From Pelomyxa schiedti (taxonomy: Eukaryota; Protista; Evosea): a stretch of 38,179 nucleotides of DNA. Below, piece after piece: positions 21,660 to 33,711 of the stretch. Both the position numbers and the translations under genes were made by a program. The stretch covers positions 1 to 38,179 of the forward strand of contig JAHLWZ010000958.1 in the NCBI GenBank assembly GCA_020536535.1, read 5' to 3'. A model generated the notes under the pieces. It saw only the letters and a list, made by a program, of their open reading frames with translations. It made no database searches and was not told the DNA's origin. Numbering within the stretch: the first letter of the stretch is position 1; each line of letters starts with the position of its first letter.

Positions 21660-21919
21660 CACCTTTGCTTTTGGTGTTGAGTAACAAAATGATCAGTTTC
21701 TGGGATTGGCCTCCCCCCGAGGCAGATCTACTGACTAATGTTGGGTTGCACCGCGCCCACAGCAAGGGTGTGAAGAACCTTGGTTGGCGGTTCTGACAAC
21801 CACAACACAGGTCTTATGACTCTCAATTCTGAAGTGGAAAAGGCAACAAAAACCGAAACGGCGTCAAATTGCGTATCTGCTAAATTTTTTTGTTCTTTGC
21901 AGTTTATCCCAACTTGGTG

Positions 21920-23355
21920 ATGGACCCCGGCGACGAGTGGACGCCAGGCTGCGAGCGACGTGCCAAAAGCACACGACGCGTCGGAGGAGGACGCAAAACG
22001 AGGCAACCAGAAAATCCCGTAAAATACAACGACAACCGCGGTCGTGTTTCCGGCGGTGTTGCTGCGCGCCCTACGGCCACTTCTTACGCACGGCGACAGC
22101 GCGTTTCCGATGATGACGAAGACGGCGATGATGGCGACACGCAAGATCTGCGAGATCCTGAGATCTGCTGCGCAACGGAGATCTCGACAGCTGCGTCGTC
22201 GTCTGCATCGCGTTCGTGCGTTTGTACTAGTACGGCAACGACTTCTACGAGTGGATCTCCCTCGGGTGATACTGACCTCCACGAAATGTTGGCGATGAGG
22301 AATTTGCCTCAAATGACTTCCCGCCGGGAGGTAGAGGCGGAGTTCGACAAAATTGCGTCGTTCTTGGTCAATTACTGCACTGTGATGATAAACCACGTAC
22401 CTCACAGTGCGCGATTTCTGAGTTTTCATAAATATCCTAACTGGTTTAGGGTTTGCTGAACTCGAGTTTTATTTAAATGGCCCCACTCATCAAGGCACAT
22501 ATGACCCAGTTTTAAATTATGAGTGTAATGTCTGCAGATACTTTTACTCACGGAGACCAAATGCAGCGCACTTGTGCCAACTGGTATTTCCACAGAGTTG
22601 GAGGAAAGTATAAGGGAGGAACATTCAAAGGTTTTCAATTTAATGACTCAAAATTGTATTGATGGGGGAAAAGGGATGGATTTGACGTTTGGCCCTGAGT
22701 CTGCCTATGGTGGAATTCTTATCCGAGGTCTCTACGATATGGTCAATAATACGTTACTTGGTATACCACATTCATTTATTTCCTCGTACATACAATGTCG
22801 TAGATGGCCCTTGCGTGTGCGTAGACCACATCTTAAAGCTCAATAGCTGCCCTTCAATAGAGGCATTTGTAACAAAAGAGGGAACTACAGTGGCGTTCGT
22901 TGACATAGGTTACCGCTCTGTTCCCTTTTTCGATTCATGCATAATTTACCACACCAGGTCAGCCAAAAGCGCAAAGAGGCCTGTATATTGAAAGCCACCC
23001 GAACTTGGCTAGTCGCGATATCCAACCACTTAAAACACCGCGGGTAGGCTTGACACTGAAAAACTACTCGCCGCACCGCGAGGAGTTCATCATGCAGCTA
23101 TACAGATATGTCGCCGAGCCAGCAGCAACCCGCAAAGGGAAGTACCACATGTGTGCCGCCTTACATGCACGCGGTACCGCACAAGACGAGGTTTGTAGAA
23201 TCACAAGAGCAACACCATCAACAGCACAGCTGGCAGCCCAACTCTTTGATAAAGGAGCCAGTTGCCCAACAACCCAGTTCCGTAGATTCCTTGATGTAAT
23301 CCTGTCTGACGAAGCTGTGTGTGAATTGTATGGCATTTGCAGCAAGTTTGAATAG
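21920..23355 (+). CDS. Divergent 3-methyladenine DNA glycosylase (AAG/MPG)-like protein
   Basis: Spliced RFAELEFY..THQDTFTH, NWYFH..GKYKGGTFKGMDLTFG..YGGILIRGL, DGPCVCVDHIL, TPRVGL. These parallel the AAG blocks RIVETEAY..D...H, AVLIRA, NGPGKL and TPRIGI. Confidence 0.7.
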
Positions 23356-23576
23356 GAAAAACGCAATAACAAAAGGCCAAAATAACAGTTAGTCTCAGGT
23401 TGAGACACGAGCTTTTTGTTTAAATTTTCTTTGAACAGGAAACACGTGTAATAATTGTGGTGATGGGTGACTTTTTAGTGTTGTTGTATTTGCTGTTGGC
23501 GGCACAAACTTGGTTTCAGAGTAGAGAGCATTTTACAAACCCAATGAGAGGTTGATATAAAACAAGAGCCAAATGC

Positions 23577-26500
23577 CTATGAGTTGGATTTGGATATTGC
23601 CGCCATTTTCTGGGCACGTAGGGCTTCGTCTCTTAATTTGTGGGCCCGCTCCTCTTCCTCGCGTAGTCTGCGGGATTGAAGAGCAATTTGCTCGTCAAGT
23701 TCCATTTGCCTGGTGAGTTCTACATTTCTAGCTTTACGTGCATTCTCTCTTATGCGTGAGTGTTCAACTTTGCCATTGGCCATAACTTCAGTAAATTCCT
23801 CCTACGGTGGAAAGCGGTTATAATGGTGTTGAGGCACTTGAATAGTTACGTCGGAATCGGATTTTTCATCAAGGATCCCTTTGGCTGCTTTTTGAGCATC
23901 TTCCCTTATTTTGGCGGCAGCCCTGTTGGCTTCTTCCATCACAAGTGTAGAGTTGTACTGACGAACATGTCAACTAAAATTTCATAGAGAAAAACCTGCC
24001 TGCTCCTGAAGTCTGGTGAGAACATGTGAGCTCCCTGCACTGCTGACATAGTTTGCCTGGCCCAGGGTATTCTTCGTCTGTGTGTATTCAATACTTCCGT
24101 TGTTAATTGAAAACTCCAGCATACCTTGGCATCAAGTTGCATGTTTTCATTTTCGAGAGCTTCCAGCCTTTTTTGAAGAAATTCTGCCTCACGTGCCTTG
24201 ACTGCAGATTCTGTTTCAATAGTCTCGGTTTTCCTTTCGATAGCATCTCTCTTATTTTCTGCAATGGATGCTTGTATTTCCAGAGCTCTGCCCGCTGCAA
24301 TGTTGGCTTCAGCGTCACGGCGCGCCCTGTTGAAAGATAAGAAATTTATGATGAGGAAGAAGCATACTGCTCCTGCAGCTTGCGAGCGTCTACAATATCA
24401 CGCTCTAGAGCAACAGCACTCTGTCGCTGCTGCTCAAGTGCCCTATTTTCCGCGCTTATTTCTATTGCGCTCTTTGTGGCTAATCTGTTGAAGTAAGCTC
24501 AAGTGGGGATTGGTAACCGTAAGTACCGAGCTTTTTCTGCCATTGCGTTTCTTTTTATTTCTGTGACTTGTTCCTCTGTTCTTGTTTTTACTGCTTCAAT
24601 TTCATCCTTTGCCTCAAAAATTTCTGATTGCAAAGTCTCAGCCGTATCCACAAGTTTTCTCTTGATAGAGTCTTGTTGGGCAATAGTCTCGGTCACACTG
24701 CTAATATCTGCCTGCATAGGGTTATTTTCTGATAATTAGGGTATCTGCTAATGTACCTGCACAACAGCTGCAGTTGATGCTAGATTTTCAGCCTCCCGTT
24801 TGTTAGTTTCTACATTGGTTTTTACATTTTTCGTCTTAAGACCTGATTTCTTTATTGATTTCGATTTGCTGGCATGCATTCAGTGGAACATTTCACAATA
24901 AAGAGAAAACCTGCTTATAGAATGCTTAGTGGCCTCAATTGACCTGGTGATGTCCTGGAGTTGTGTTGTAAGGTGTTTATTTGTTTGTGCCAGAGTGCGA
25001 GATTCAGCACTATCTTGAGAAGTTTGGGTTGCCATTGTATTGATTTTATCTCTCATCTAAAAGACGTTAACACTGTTGCACTGTGAGTAGTGTTGTCTTT
25101 ACTTCTAAAGCAGCGGTTGTGTTACTTTCGACAGACCGTAGAGCAGCTTCAGCAGCAGCTTCTGAATTGCTCACATCAGCAAGTGCCGCTTGCTGGGCAA
25201 TGCCAGCCCGAGCTTTGGCTCGTTGGTGCCTGTCAGGAAAATAAAAAAATATATCAAATGTCACGCCACCAAATACTTGTTCATTTGAAAGCGCAAGTTC
25301 CTTTGCGCAGTTTCCTCAAGTGCTGTGACTGTCGCTGCTGTTTCTTCCCTTTGGGAATCTATACTTGTCTAGGGATGATATGTATGTTAATACAAACTGG
25401 TAGAGGAAGAATTATACGTCAAGTTCAATCGATTGATCGGTCAAATCTCGATTAGTATCTTTGACACCTTTAAGCGTGCGCTCATTATGTTCTATCTCCG
25501 AATCGTCAATGGCAATTTCATCCTGGAGGAAATAGTTGGTTACGCCACCCTGAAGGATGAAAGGGACAAACTCTAATATCCTCACGGGCATTTTCGACAA
25601 TTCGAATTTCTTCTTCTGCTTTTCGCTCGGCCTCTTTTACTTGTTTTGATTTCTTTACCCTGGTTTTGTGATTTGAAGCCACAGCAATAGTGTGCTGCAA
25701 CTGAATTTCTAGGGAGTGTTACTTAATGCCTTGGTGATGTGTAAATTACCCAGCAACGACTTCTTTTCCTCAACACGTGTCCTAGAGTGTTCTTCTTCCT
25801 TTCTGGCGTCTTTAAGAAGTTGCTTTTCGTTATCGACCCTAATAAAATAAGAAAAGAAGTACTTTGAAGGGCGCATACAGCTTCTTTGTGTGAGTGACTT
25901 TCTTTTCCTTTTTGGCAACTGTTGTTCGTAAGGAGGCTGCTTGTGCTTGAGCAGCGTCATTTTCTTCCCTTAATTGTTGTTCCTTGGCAATGGCATCCAA
26001 CAGTTCTTTCTTTTGATTTCCAATTGGATGAGATTTTTTTAAAAAAACTACTGGGAGCTCAACTCGTAATTGTTCAACTTTCTTTCGGTGGGTTTCATTT
26101 AGCATAGCAAGTTCTTGTTCTTTAGCTTTGGCTTTTTGTTCAAGCTCCCGTTTGACTCTATTTTCTTCTTCCAAACGAGCTCTATCGTTGAGAGTGAGAG
26201 AAACAAGATGAAACACTGCAATTATACCTCAGTCTGTCAAGTTCGTCCTGCAACTCTTTCCTGAAAAGTTGCATCTTTTTGTTTTCTTCCTCTGCTCTCT
26301 CTAATTCTTCTCTCAGTCTCTTCCTTTCTGCAGTCTCCTTTTGTCCTTCTTTGTTCATCTGCACCAGTGTTAGCAATAAGAGGAATGGGAAGTCCTACCT
26401 CGTCAATTTTTTTCTTGAGAATACTGATCTCCATTTCTTGTTTTAGTTTTTCAATTTCAAGTCTTTCTTGAAGTTGTTTTTCTTTCTTCGACAACTCAGC

Positions 26501-27161
26501 TTTTGTTTCTTCCTATTTTTTTGTCCGTGAACAAACTCAAGGTTTGCTTTGTATGTACCGTAGATATTTTATTGTTAAGTAGTTTTTGCTTGATTTCGTC
26601 GACCTCATTTTCCACAGCTTTGATTTCCTCTTCAAGCTTGTTGGAAAGAGAAAATGGTAACATTGGGCAGTACTTTGTGTTTTTTGATGTTCCTCAAGGG
26701 TTCTATCGTTTGCTCCAATAGTATTTAAAATATCGGCATACTAGTTAATTTGGATATTAAAAAACCTAAACAAGTGAAAACATATCATACAAGGTGATCA
26801 AACGAGCTGAGTTCCGCAACTTTTTGAAGTAAGAACACAGTGGAAGGCACTACTACATTATAATAAAAAAAGGAAGGCAAAACCAACCTCCCCTCGTTCG
26901 ATTTGAAGCCAAAGAAGGCAAGTGACCCAAGGCCGCACCTGCACCGCCAGCACCCCTCCCGCCAACAGACGGTGACGACGACGCTGGTGGCGGTATAGAA
27001 AACGAGTACGCCGGCGGTGGTATCGATGGCGAGTGCGATATTGCGGGGGACAAAGCAAGTGCTGGGGACGACGACGGGGTGTGTTGTCGAGTCGGTGTCG
27101 AAGTCAACGCACGTAGTTCCGCAAGAAGCGTCTCCGTGTCGAGTGCCGCTTTAGTTGCCAT
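23577..27161 (-). CDS. Large multi-exon coiled-coil protein of unknown function
   Basis: A chain of E/K/Q/L-rich heptad ORFs on the minus strand (26237..26494, 26182..26376, 25839..26216, 24499..24717, 23577..23783 etc.) separated by GT-AG introns. The N-terminus MATKAALDTETLLAELRAL is followed by an S/P-rich linker. Confidence 0.75.
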
Positions 27162-27544
27162 AGATCTGTTTTGGTGGTGTTTCTTTTGGCGTTCTGTTCT
27201 GTTCTGTGGTACTAGATGATGTGAGGTGTGGATAATCTCTCGTGCTACAGTGGATTTTGTTTTTTTATTTTTTTTCGTTTTTTTCTAGTATGTACAAGGG
27301 AGTAACTTACGGCAGGCAAAATGAAATTAACAGGAAAAAAGCATTTCCTTCACTTCTCGATTTCTCTCAAATCTCGGGATTTTGCCCCACTCAACCTCCT
27401 GCAACACCACTGAGACCTCACTGGTCCAAGAAAAAAACCCTTGTCCTTTAAAGACTGAACACCCGTGAACGTTATGCGCAAAAAAGCTGGGGGCGGAAAC
27501 TGCAGTTGCACCTCGTAATTTATCGCTCTCGGGAGGGTGAGTTG

Positions 27545-29632
27545 ATGCCGAAGCCAAGTAACCGACACGTAGTCACTGCGGAGGTGGCGTCACAGTCCCA
27601 GTTGGCCAAATCTCTCACCGCAAAGATCTTGGGTGATCCCGTGGGTTGCATACGCGATGGCCTGCCTCGTTTGCTCGAAATGGCTCAAGTGCCTTCTCAT
27701 CCAACCCTTTTTCCCCCTTTATTTATTTTTTTGTTTTATTTTATTTTATTTTTTTTTTTGGTTGTTAAACGCGAAACAAATAGGTGGAAGAGAGTGTTAC
27801 ATTGAGGGCAGCTCTGGAAGGACTCGTTGATATTTTTAGGGCAATGGCAGCTTTGCCAGCACTCAATTTTGCCTTCCCTACATGTATGCACCCATCTCGC
27901 TCCATAACGACATACTTTTCCCAACTTTGGTTGCAGTTGAGCACAGAGGGAAGAGGAGAAGATGTGCAAAGAACCCCCAGTTAGACGATTTGAACAAGTG
28001 GTGCACTGAGCTGTTTTGTGACATGCAAAAGCGCATTGACCAGTTGCTACACTCTACATTAGAACACCAGGTTACTTGTTGCTCCATCTAATAGAGTATA
28101 AATAATTTCTTAAAACAATTCCAAGTGTTGTACCAGACTTTGGCACTGGACATTTTAATGCGAATGTCACATAATGACAGCCAGTCCATAATAGATTACT
28201 GCACCAAATTCCTTGTTCACTCTGATAGCTATGAACTTCTGGAATATTTCTTGGCATACTTGTCTTACGATGACGTTGCAGTTTTCGTAATGACGTCTTT
28301 GAAGTTAGTACACTCTCAGTTGATAAATAATGGCGACCCACTTTCACAGAGATGAAGTGACAAGACTACAAGAAAGCACCAATATTCGGGGGTCACAGGA
28401 AATGTACAGTTCAGCCACTAGACTTCTTCTCACAATACCACTTCCGCCTCTCCCAACAGCCACTACACCAAAAACACTAAATGAAATGCAAACCCGAAAA
28501 TTTTATACATCCTTGCCACCAAATACACCTACCCCAGCTGCAGTCTATGGAGAATGTTGGCAAGCATTGCTATCTGTTCCTCATAGCAAAGCCGGAGCGA
28601 AACAGGCACTTTTTTTTTTTTTTTTTTTTTTTTTGTGGCTCACTGAACTTTAAGATTCTGGAAATCTTAGCGGAAAAAATCCTCCCATACTTACCAGAAC
28701 CGCTATTTTTGATGGATTTCCTTGTAGACACATACAATTTTGGTAGATTTATATCATCTTTTTTTTTTTTTTTTTACAGTCCACAGGAGGTGTATTGAGC
28801 CTTCTTTGTGTGGAAAGCCTCTTGCTTCTTATTACCCAGCACAACATGTATTTCAAATTACAGTTCTATGAACGTTAACTCTTCTGAAAGTGAATTCCCT
28901 GATTTCTTCCTGAAAGTTTACAATCTTCTTGAACCGAGTATACTTTGCACCAGACATGTCTCCCAATTTTTTCAACTCCTAGAAAAATGCCTTAGTAGCT
29001 CGTTGGCATACCTTTCATCTTTTTTTTTTTTACACATTGACCAGGTATATTCCTGCAGCTTCTGTTGCTGCATTTATTAAACGGCTTGCTCGTCTTTCCT
29101 TAACTGCACCAACACCAACTCTTCCAACTCTCTTGGCTCTATCATACAATTTGATGTTCGTGCACAGACATACTCGGCTTTTGGTGGATGTCAAGAGAAT
29201 TTTTAGTACTCTTCTCCTCCCGTCTCTGCCAAGACTAACACATTCCCCGCAAACAGTTCCTTGGGAGGAAGACCCGTTTGATTTTTTTGAAACCGATCCT
29301 TTGAAGACCTGTGCTCTAGATAGCTGGCTGTGGGAATATACAGTATGCACCACACTTGCTAAATACACTTATAAATCAAATTACCGCAGATGTTGCAAAA
29401 TCACTATCTTCCTGCTGTCTCTAAACTCGCCGTGGCCCTCATTTCCTCCAAATTTGACAGACAGTTGTTCTATACACCGCATTTCTCAGGCCACTCGTAC
29501 AAAACTCTTACAGAAGCTGAGCTAAAGCGTCACAATAAACCGGCTCCACTAGGAATAGTTGAAAGGAAAACACTACTCGATGGTGAGTCCATTTTCTCCC
29601 AGCATTACCCATTTACAACACACAGAACCTGA
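27545..29632 (+). CDS. NOC4: Nucleolar complex protein 4 (CBF/Mak21 domain)
   Basis: ILPYLPEPLFLMDFL, FPDFFLKVYNLL, YIPAASVAAFIKRLARLSLTAP, DPFDFFETDPLKTCALDSWLWE, LQNHYLPAVS. Confidence 0.93.
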
Positions 29633-29758
29633 TGACGAGCCGTTTTCACTTTGGGCAAGGAGTTAAAGCTAAAAAACCAAATAAACAGGAAAGAGTTTTG
29701 AAACTGGAGTTTGTTTTTTTACAAGGACTTTATGATTGCCAGCACGTTTTTTTTTTCT

Positions 29759-32465
29759 TTATGGCCTCAGGAAGGGATGGGACAGGCACTGCTTTGCTGT
29801 TATCCTTCGTTCGGGGTCGTACTCCAACAGCCTGGTTATGAAGTCGTACATGTCTGGGTGCTGAGTGGGGTCAACAATGGCCTAAGAAAGTAGTGTGAAT
29901 AATGGAAATTGATAGTGGAAGGGAAGTTTACCGGTAGAGGGTGCATTAAGTCAACAAACTTGGTTGTTTCATTACTACTGGGGTCTGGGAAAATCATACG
30001 GCCGGATTTGTCAAAGTACTTGGGAGCTTGGCATCTGGATATCATGTGATGGGGGATGGGCCCAAGCACTTTCTCCATCATCGCGAGATGTTCTCGATTG
30101 TGATGTGTTTGAAAGAGAGGGTCCCCCGTGAAAAGTTCAATTATTATACAACCAACACTAAACATATCAGAGGGGTAGCTCCAGCCAAGACCTGAGAATA
30201 GAAGGTAAGTGGGTTCAGTATAAAACACAGAGGTGGTTGTTTTCTTGATGACTTTCTGGGGTTGTTTTTGGTGATTTAGTTAACACTTAAGCCGGAGTCC
30301 AAAGGGAAAGGGGAGGGCGTCTACTCGAAGTCGTTTTAGAGCCTCAAATAAGCTGCCAACTAGTTCAGGTGCTTTCTTTAAGTGTATGCAGTTATTAAAA
30401 GTTCCCTCATATGAGATTATTGCAATAATTGAAGCATGTACGAAATGGCTGCCAAGTAGCTCTTGTCCTTGAAATACTGCCCCAATTCCCCCCTCGATTC
30501 TATTTCTACAAAAAGACAAACACAACAACACTCTAGAGAAGGAAAAAGAAACAGTCAAACCTAGTATAACCTCAGGTGCTCGATAGTGTCGTGTAGCGAT
30601 CACTGAAGTGTGGTACTGGTGATCATAAGTTGCGTTGCCAAGGTCGATAAGTTTAATATCAGGCGAGCAAGGAACGCGTGTTGTGGTATACTGATGGCTA
30701 ACCAAGCCTAAGTTGGCACACGTACGTGATGTGAGCGGTTTTGTAGTGTAAGCCGAGTTATTCAACAGTATGTTTTCAGGCTGGGAAAAAAATTAGGGGA
30801 ATGGCATAATGAAAGGAACAACTACCTTGAGATCCGTGTGAATCAAGGATAAAGCATGTATAACTAAAAGTGTGAATTAAACGTAAGGAAAACGTGAGTA
30901 TTACATACAGCAAAGAGATTCAACCAACTGTCTGGTGATGTGCTTAATATGGGCCATGGAATATGGAATGTTACGATTTCGGGTAAGGAAGTCATACAAA
31001 CTGGAGCCACATCTTTGAAAAACGAGGCAAGTGTGCCCACCAAACTTAAAGTCACGCAAGTACTTGATCACAGGACTAAAGAGAAGGTTAAAAGTTTCAT
31101 AACATCAGGAATACATACTGTGACCCATCTTGGTTATGGCGCTGCACGTCATTAAGGATTTCAATCTCTATATCTGCAGACTCGGTGTAACGATCAACTG
31201 CTCGAACAATCTTGATTGCCACTTCTGAATGATCTGTAACATCCAAGGCAGAAACAACTTTGCTAAACTTGCCCTCTCCTAGTACTTCTAGAACTTTATC
31301 TGAAAAAAAAAAATTAAGAAAGAAAGATAGGGAAGGTGGTTGTCTTACATCTCGCAGTCAAAAAGTCACCAGCAGCGACTATGAGATGGGACTCTTCATC
31401 ATCCAGAAGTGTCTTTGTAGTGGAGATTGTCTTTGTCGAAGTGGCATGAGATAACCCCCGTGTCGACGAACTCGGAGAGTAGGACGCGCTCTCACTTGGG
31501 GACGAGGAGGGAGACGGTGAATAAGACTGAAGAGGTGACCTTGAGTTTCTACTGCCGTGTCTGCCCCGATCACATGACAAACTTGAACTTGTGCAACAAG
31601 AGCGAGGGGGAGATAATGACAGTGAGGGATAGTGAACTGCTCTCAGATTCCTTCGTACCGAAACTTCTCTCCTTCTTTCGTACAACGGGGATCTGTTGGG
31701 TTCCTGCACTCTCCTAGAATAGGCCAGTCTGCTTTGATACGCATAACCCTCAAATTCCCCGGTTCTGTGCCTGTTGTCACAAGAAGGCGAAACATCGCGT
31801 TCTCTGTAGTTCAGTCTTCCGTGGTCCCGTCTTGATCTTTCCCTTTCCCTGTCTCTCCAAGCATGCACTGGGGCGGGGTCTCTCCCCCTTCGTGGACTTC
31901 TGCGATCACTTTTGTTCCTCAAAACAGAGTGGCGGTCAGAGTGTCGGCCAACGCTCTCCATCGGCCTCCTGCCACTTGACGGCGTCCTGTGTCTTCTGGC
32001 GCTGCGGCTTCTGCTCCTGCTCGCGGTTTTGTGGCAAGACTTGCAGTGGCTAGAATCATTGCTCCTGCTTCTGCTGCCGCGGCACATTCGCCTCGTCCTG
32101 GTGCCACTTCTGCGGATCGACTTCTCACTGCGAGAGTGACTCCTTCTCCTTCTCCTGCCATCGTAGTCGCTGCCACAAGAATCGCTGCGCGAGTGCGATC
32201 GCGATCGCGAGCGAGGCCGAGAGCGAGAGTGTGACGAGTCACCGCGAGCGCGGTGGCGCGAGTGGTAGCGCTCACGAGATCTGCGGCCGCCATTGGTTTC
32301 GTACATGCATCGGTCGTCGTGGTAGCACCCATCACGCACAGATCTCACTCTCCGTAACTTTGTGGGTCTGCGAGCCGGACCGCTGCTGACAACATTGCAG
32401 TATGAACGAGGCGACAGATCCTCTTCCTCTCTGTTGCGTGGTCTCTTGTGTCCCGCGTACGACAT
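29759..32465 (-). CDS. CLK: LAMMER/CLK dual-specificity kinase with long RS-rich N-terminus
   Basis: RS-rich ORF 31314..32507 (ATG 32465), [69 protein letters not shown] (LAMMER motif), [12 protein letters not shown]. Confidence 0.96.
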
Positions 32466-32765
32466 TTCTTTTGTTTTGTGTCTTTGTTTGCGGTAGTGCA
32501 CCTGCACTTACTCAAATTTTTTTTTTTTTTGGTTGTTGTTTTGATGGCATTATTTTCCTCATTAAAAAAGATAACGGAATTGGATACTATAAATAGATTC
32601 TGTGGTCACCTGCGGAAATTTCTGTTGCTTCTGGCTCCAGTTGGAAACTACACCTGTCGTCTGGGGTTAAATGGATGTGACACTGTATGTTGGTGAAACA
32701 CAGTGAAAGTTCTGTTTATTTCCCTGAGCCATATCGCGTTGTTGGTCTGAGTCGTGGGTGTGTAG

Positions 32766-33527
32766 TTACAGAAGGGCCGACATGAACGTGGGGTGGAAAA
32801 GTGGGGGTGGTTGGAAGTACACAATTGGCGGGGCATTTTGTTGTTGGTGGTGCGGGTCTGCGTTGTGGTTGTTGTTGCGTTGAGCGACTGGGGAGTTTGT
32901 GTCTTGGACTTCTTGGGCTGGGGAGTTGTTCGTAGTTGGTGGTGTATTTACTGTGCTCGCGACTGGCTTTTTGCCGCTGTCAAAGGTTTCAGTGGCTTCA
33001 GGGGCAAGAGAGGATGAAATATCGCGATTTTGTGCTAAGAACTCTTCTAGCTTTGTTGCACATCTTGCAAAGACTACGTATGTGTACCCACCAAACACAA
33101 ATTCGTCGAGGTAGTGCTTCATATGCCTGTTGAAGTAAAAAAAGAGAACGTATTGACAACAACAAAATACCTCCAGGTTGTTTGGGTTTGCGAGAGCCTC
33201 TCCAGTATAAAATATGGGATTCTCTTTATGGCGACTTCTGAATTATCTGCTGTGTCCGTAGCTGAAATAACTTCACTGTCGCCCTCCCCAAGTACTTCGA
33301 GAACTTTATCTAATTACGAAAATTACGTGCGTTTAATCAGTAGAAAATATCTTACATCTTCTAGCCAGTAAATCACCATAGACGAGTGCCTTTGGCTTGC
33401 TTGCCGGCATAGAATATGGTACAGGAGAGATCTGGGGCAGTGGATCTGGTATATTAGAAGGACCACGACTCCTTTCTGATGCTGAAGTACACGTACACAG
33501 TGGCACCACGAGTTCACGTTCCTCCAT
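32766..33527 (-). CDS. Truncated CLK paralog: kinase N-lobe only + N/Q/P-rich tail (pseudokinase or pseudogene)
   Basis: ALVYGDLLARR|[30 protein letters not shown]..|HMKHYLDEFVFGGYTYVVFARCATKLEEFLAQNR aligns to the neighbouring CLK, with the same agat|gtaaga intron. There is no HxD, DxG or APE motif. A further small 3' exon to ~32650 is possible. Confidence 0.8.
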
Positions 33528-33711
33528 GATCACGATTAAATCCGGATCTTTATTTTATTCTGTCTCACAAACATAAATAAATCTTGATGCCGTGCCGGGC
33601 ACTCATGCCAAACTTGAATGCGAAATAAAAAAATCGTCTGAACTTTTTATGTTTTTTTTTCTTTTTCCTCATACATACAGTGGCGGAACTCTTTTTATTT
33701 TTTTGGTTTGT

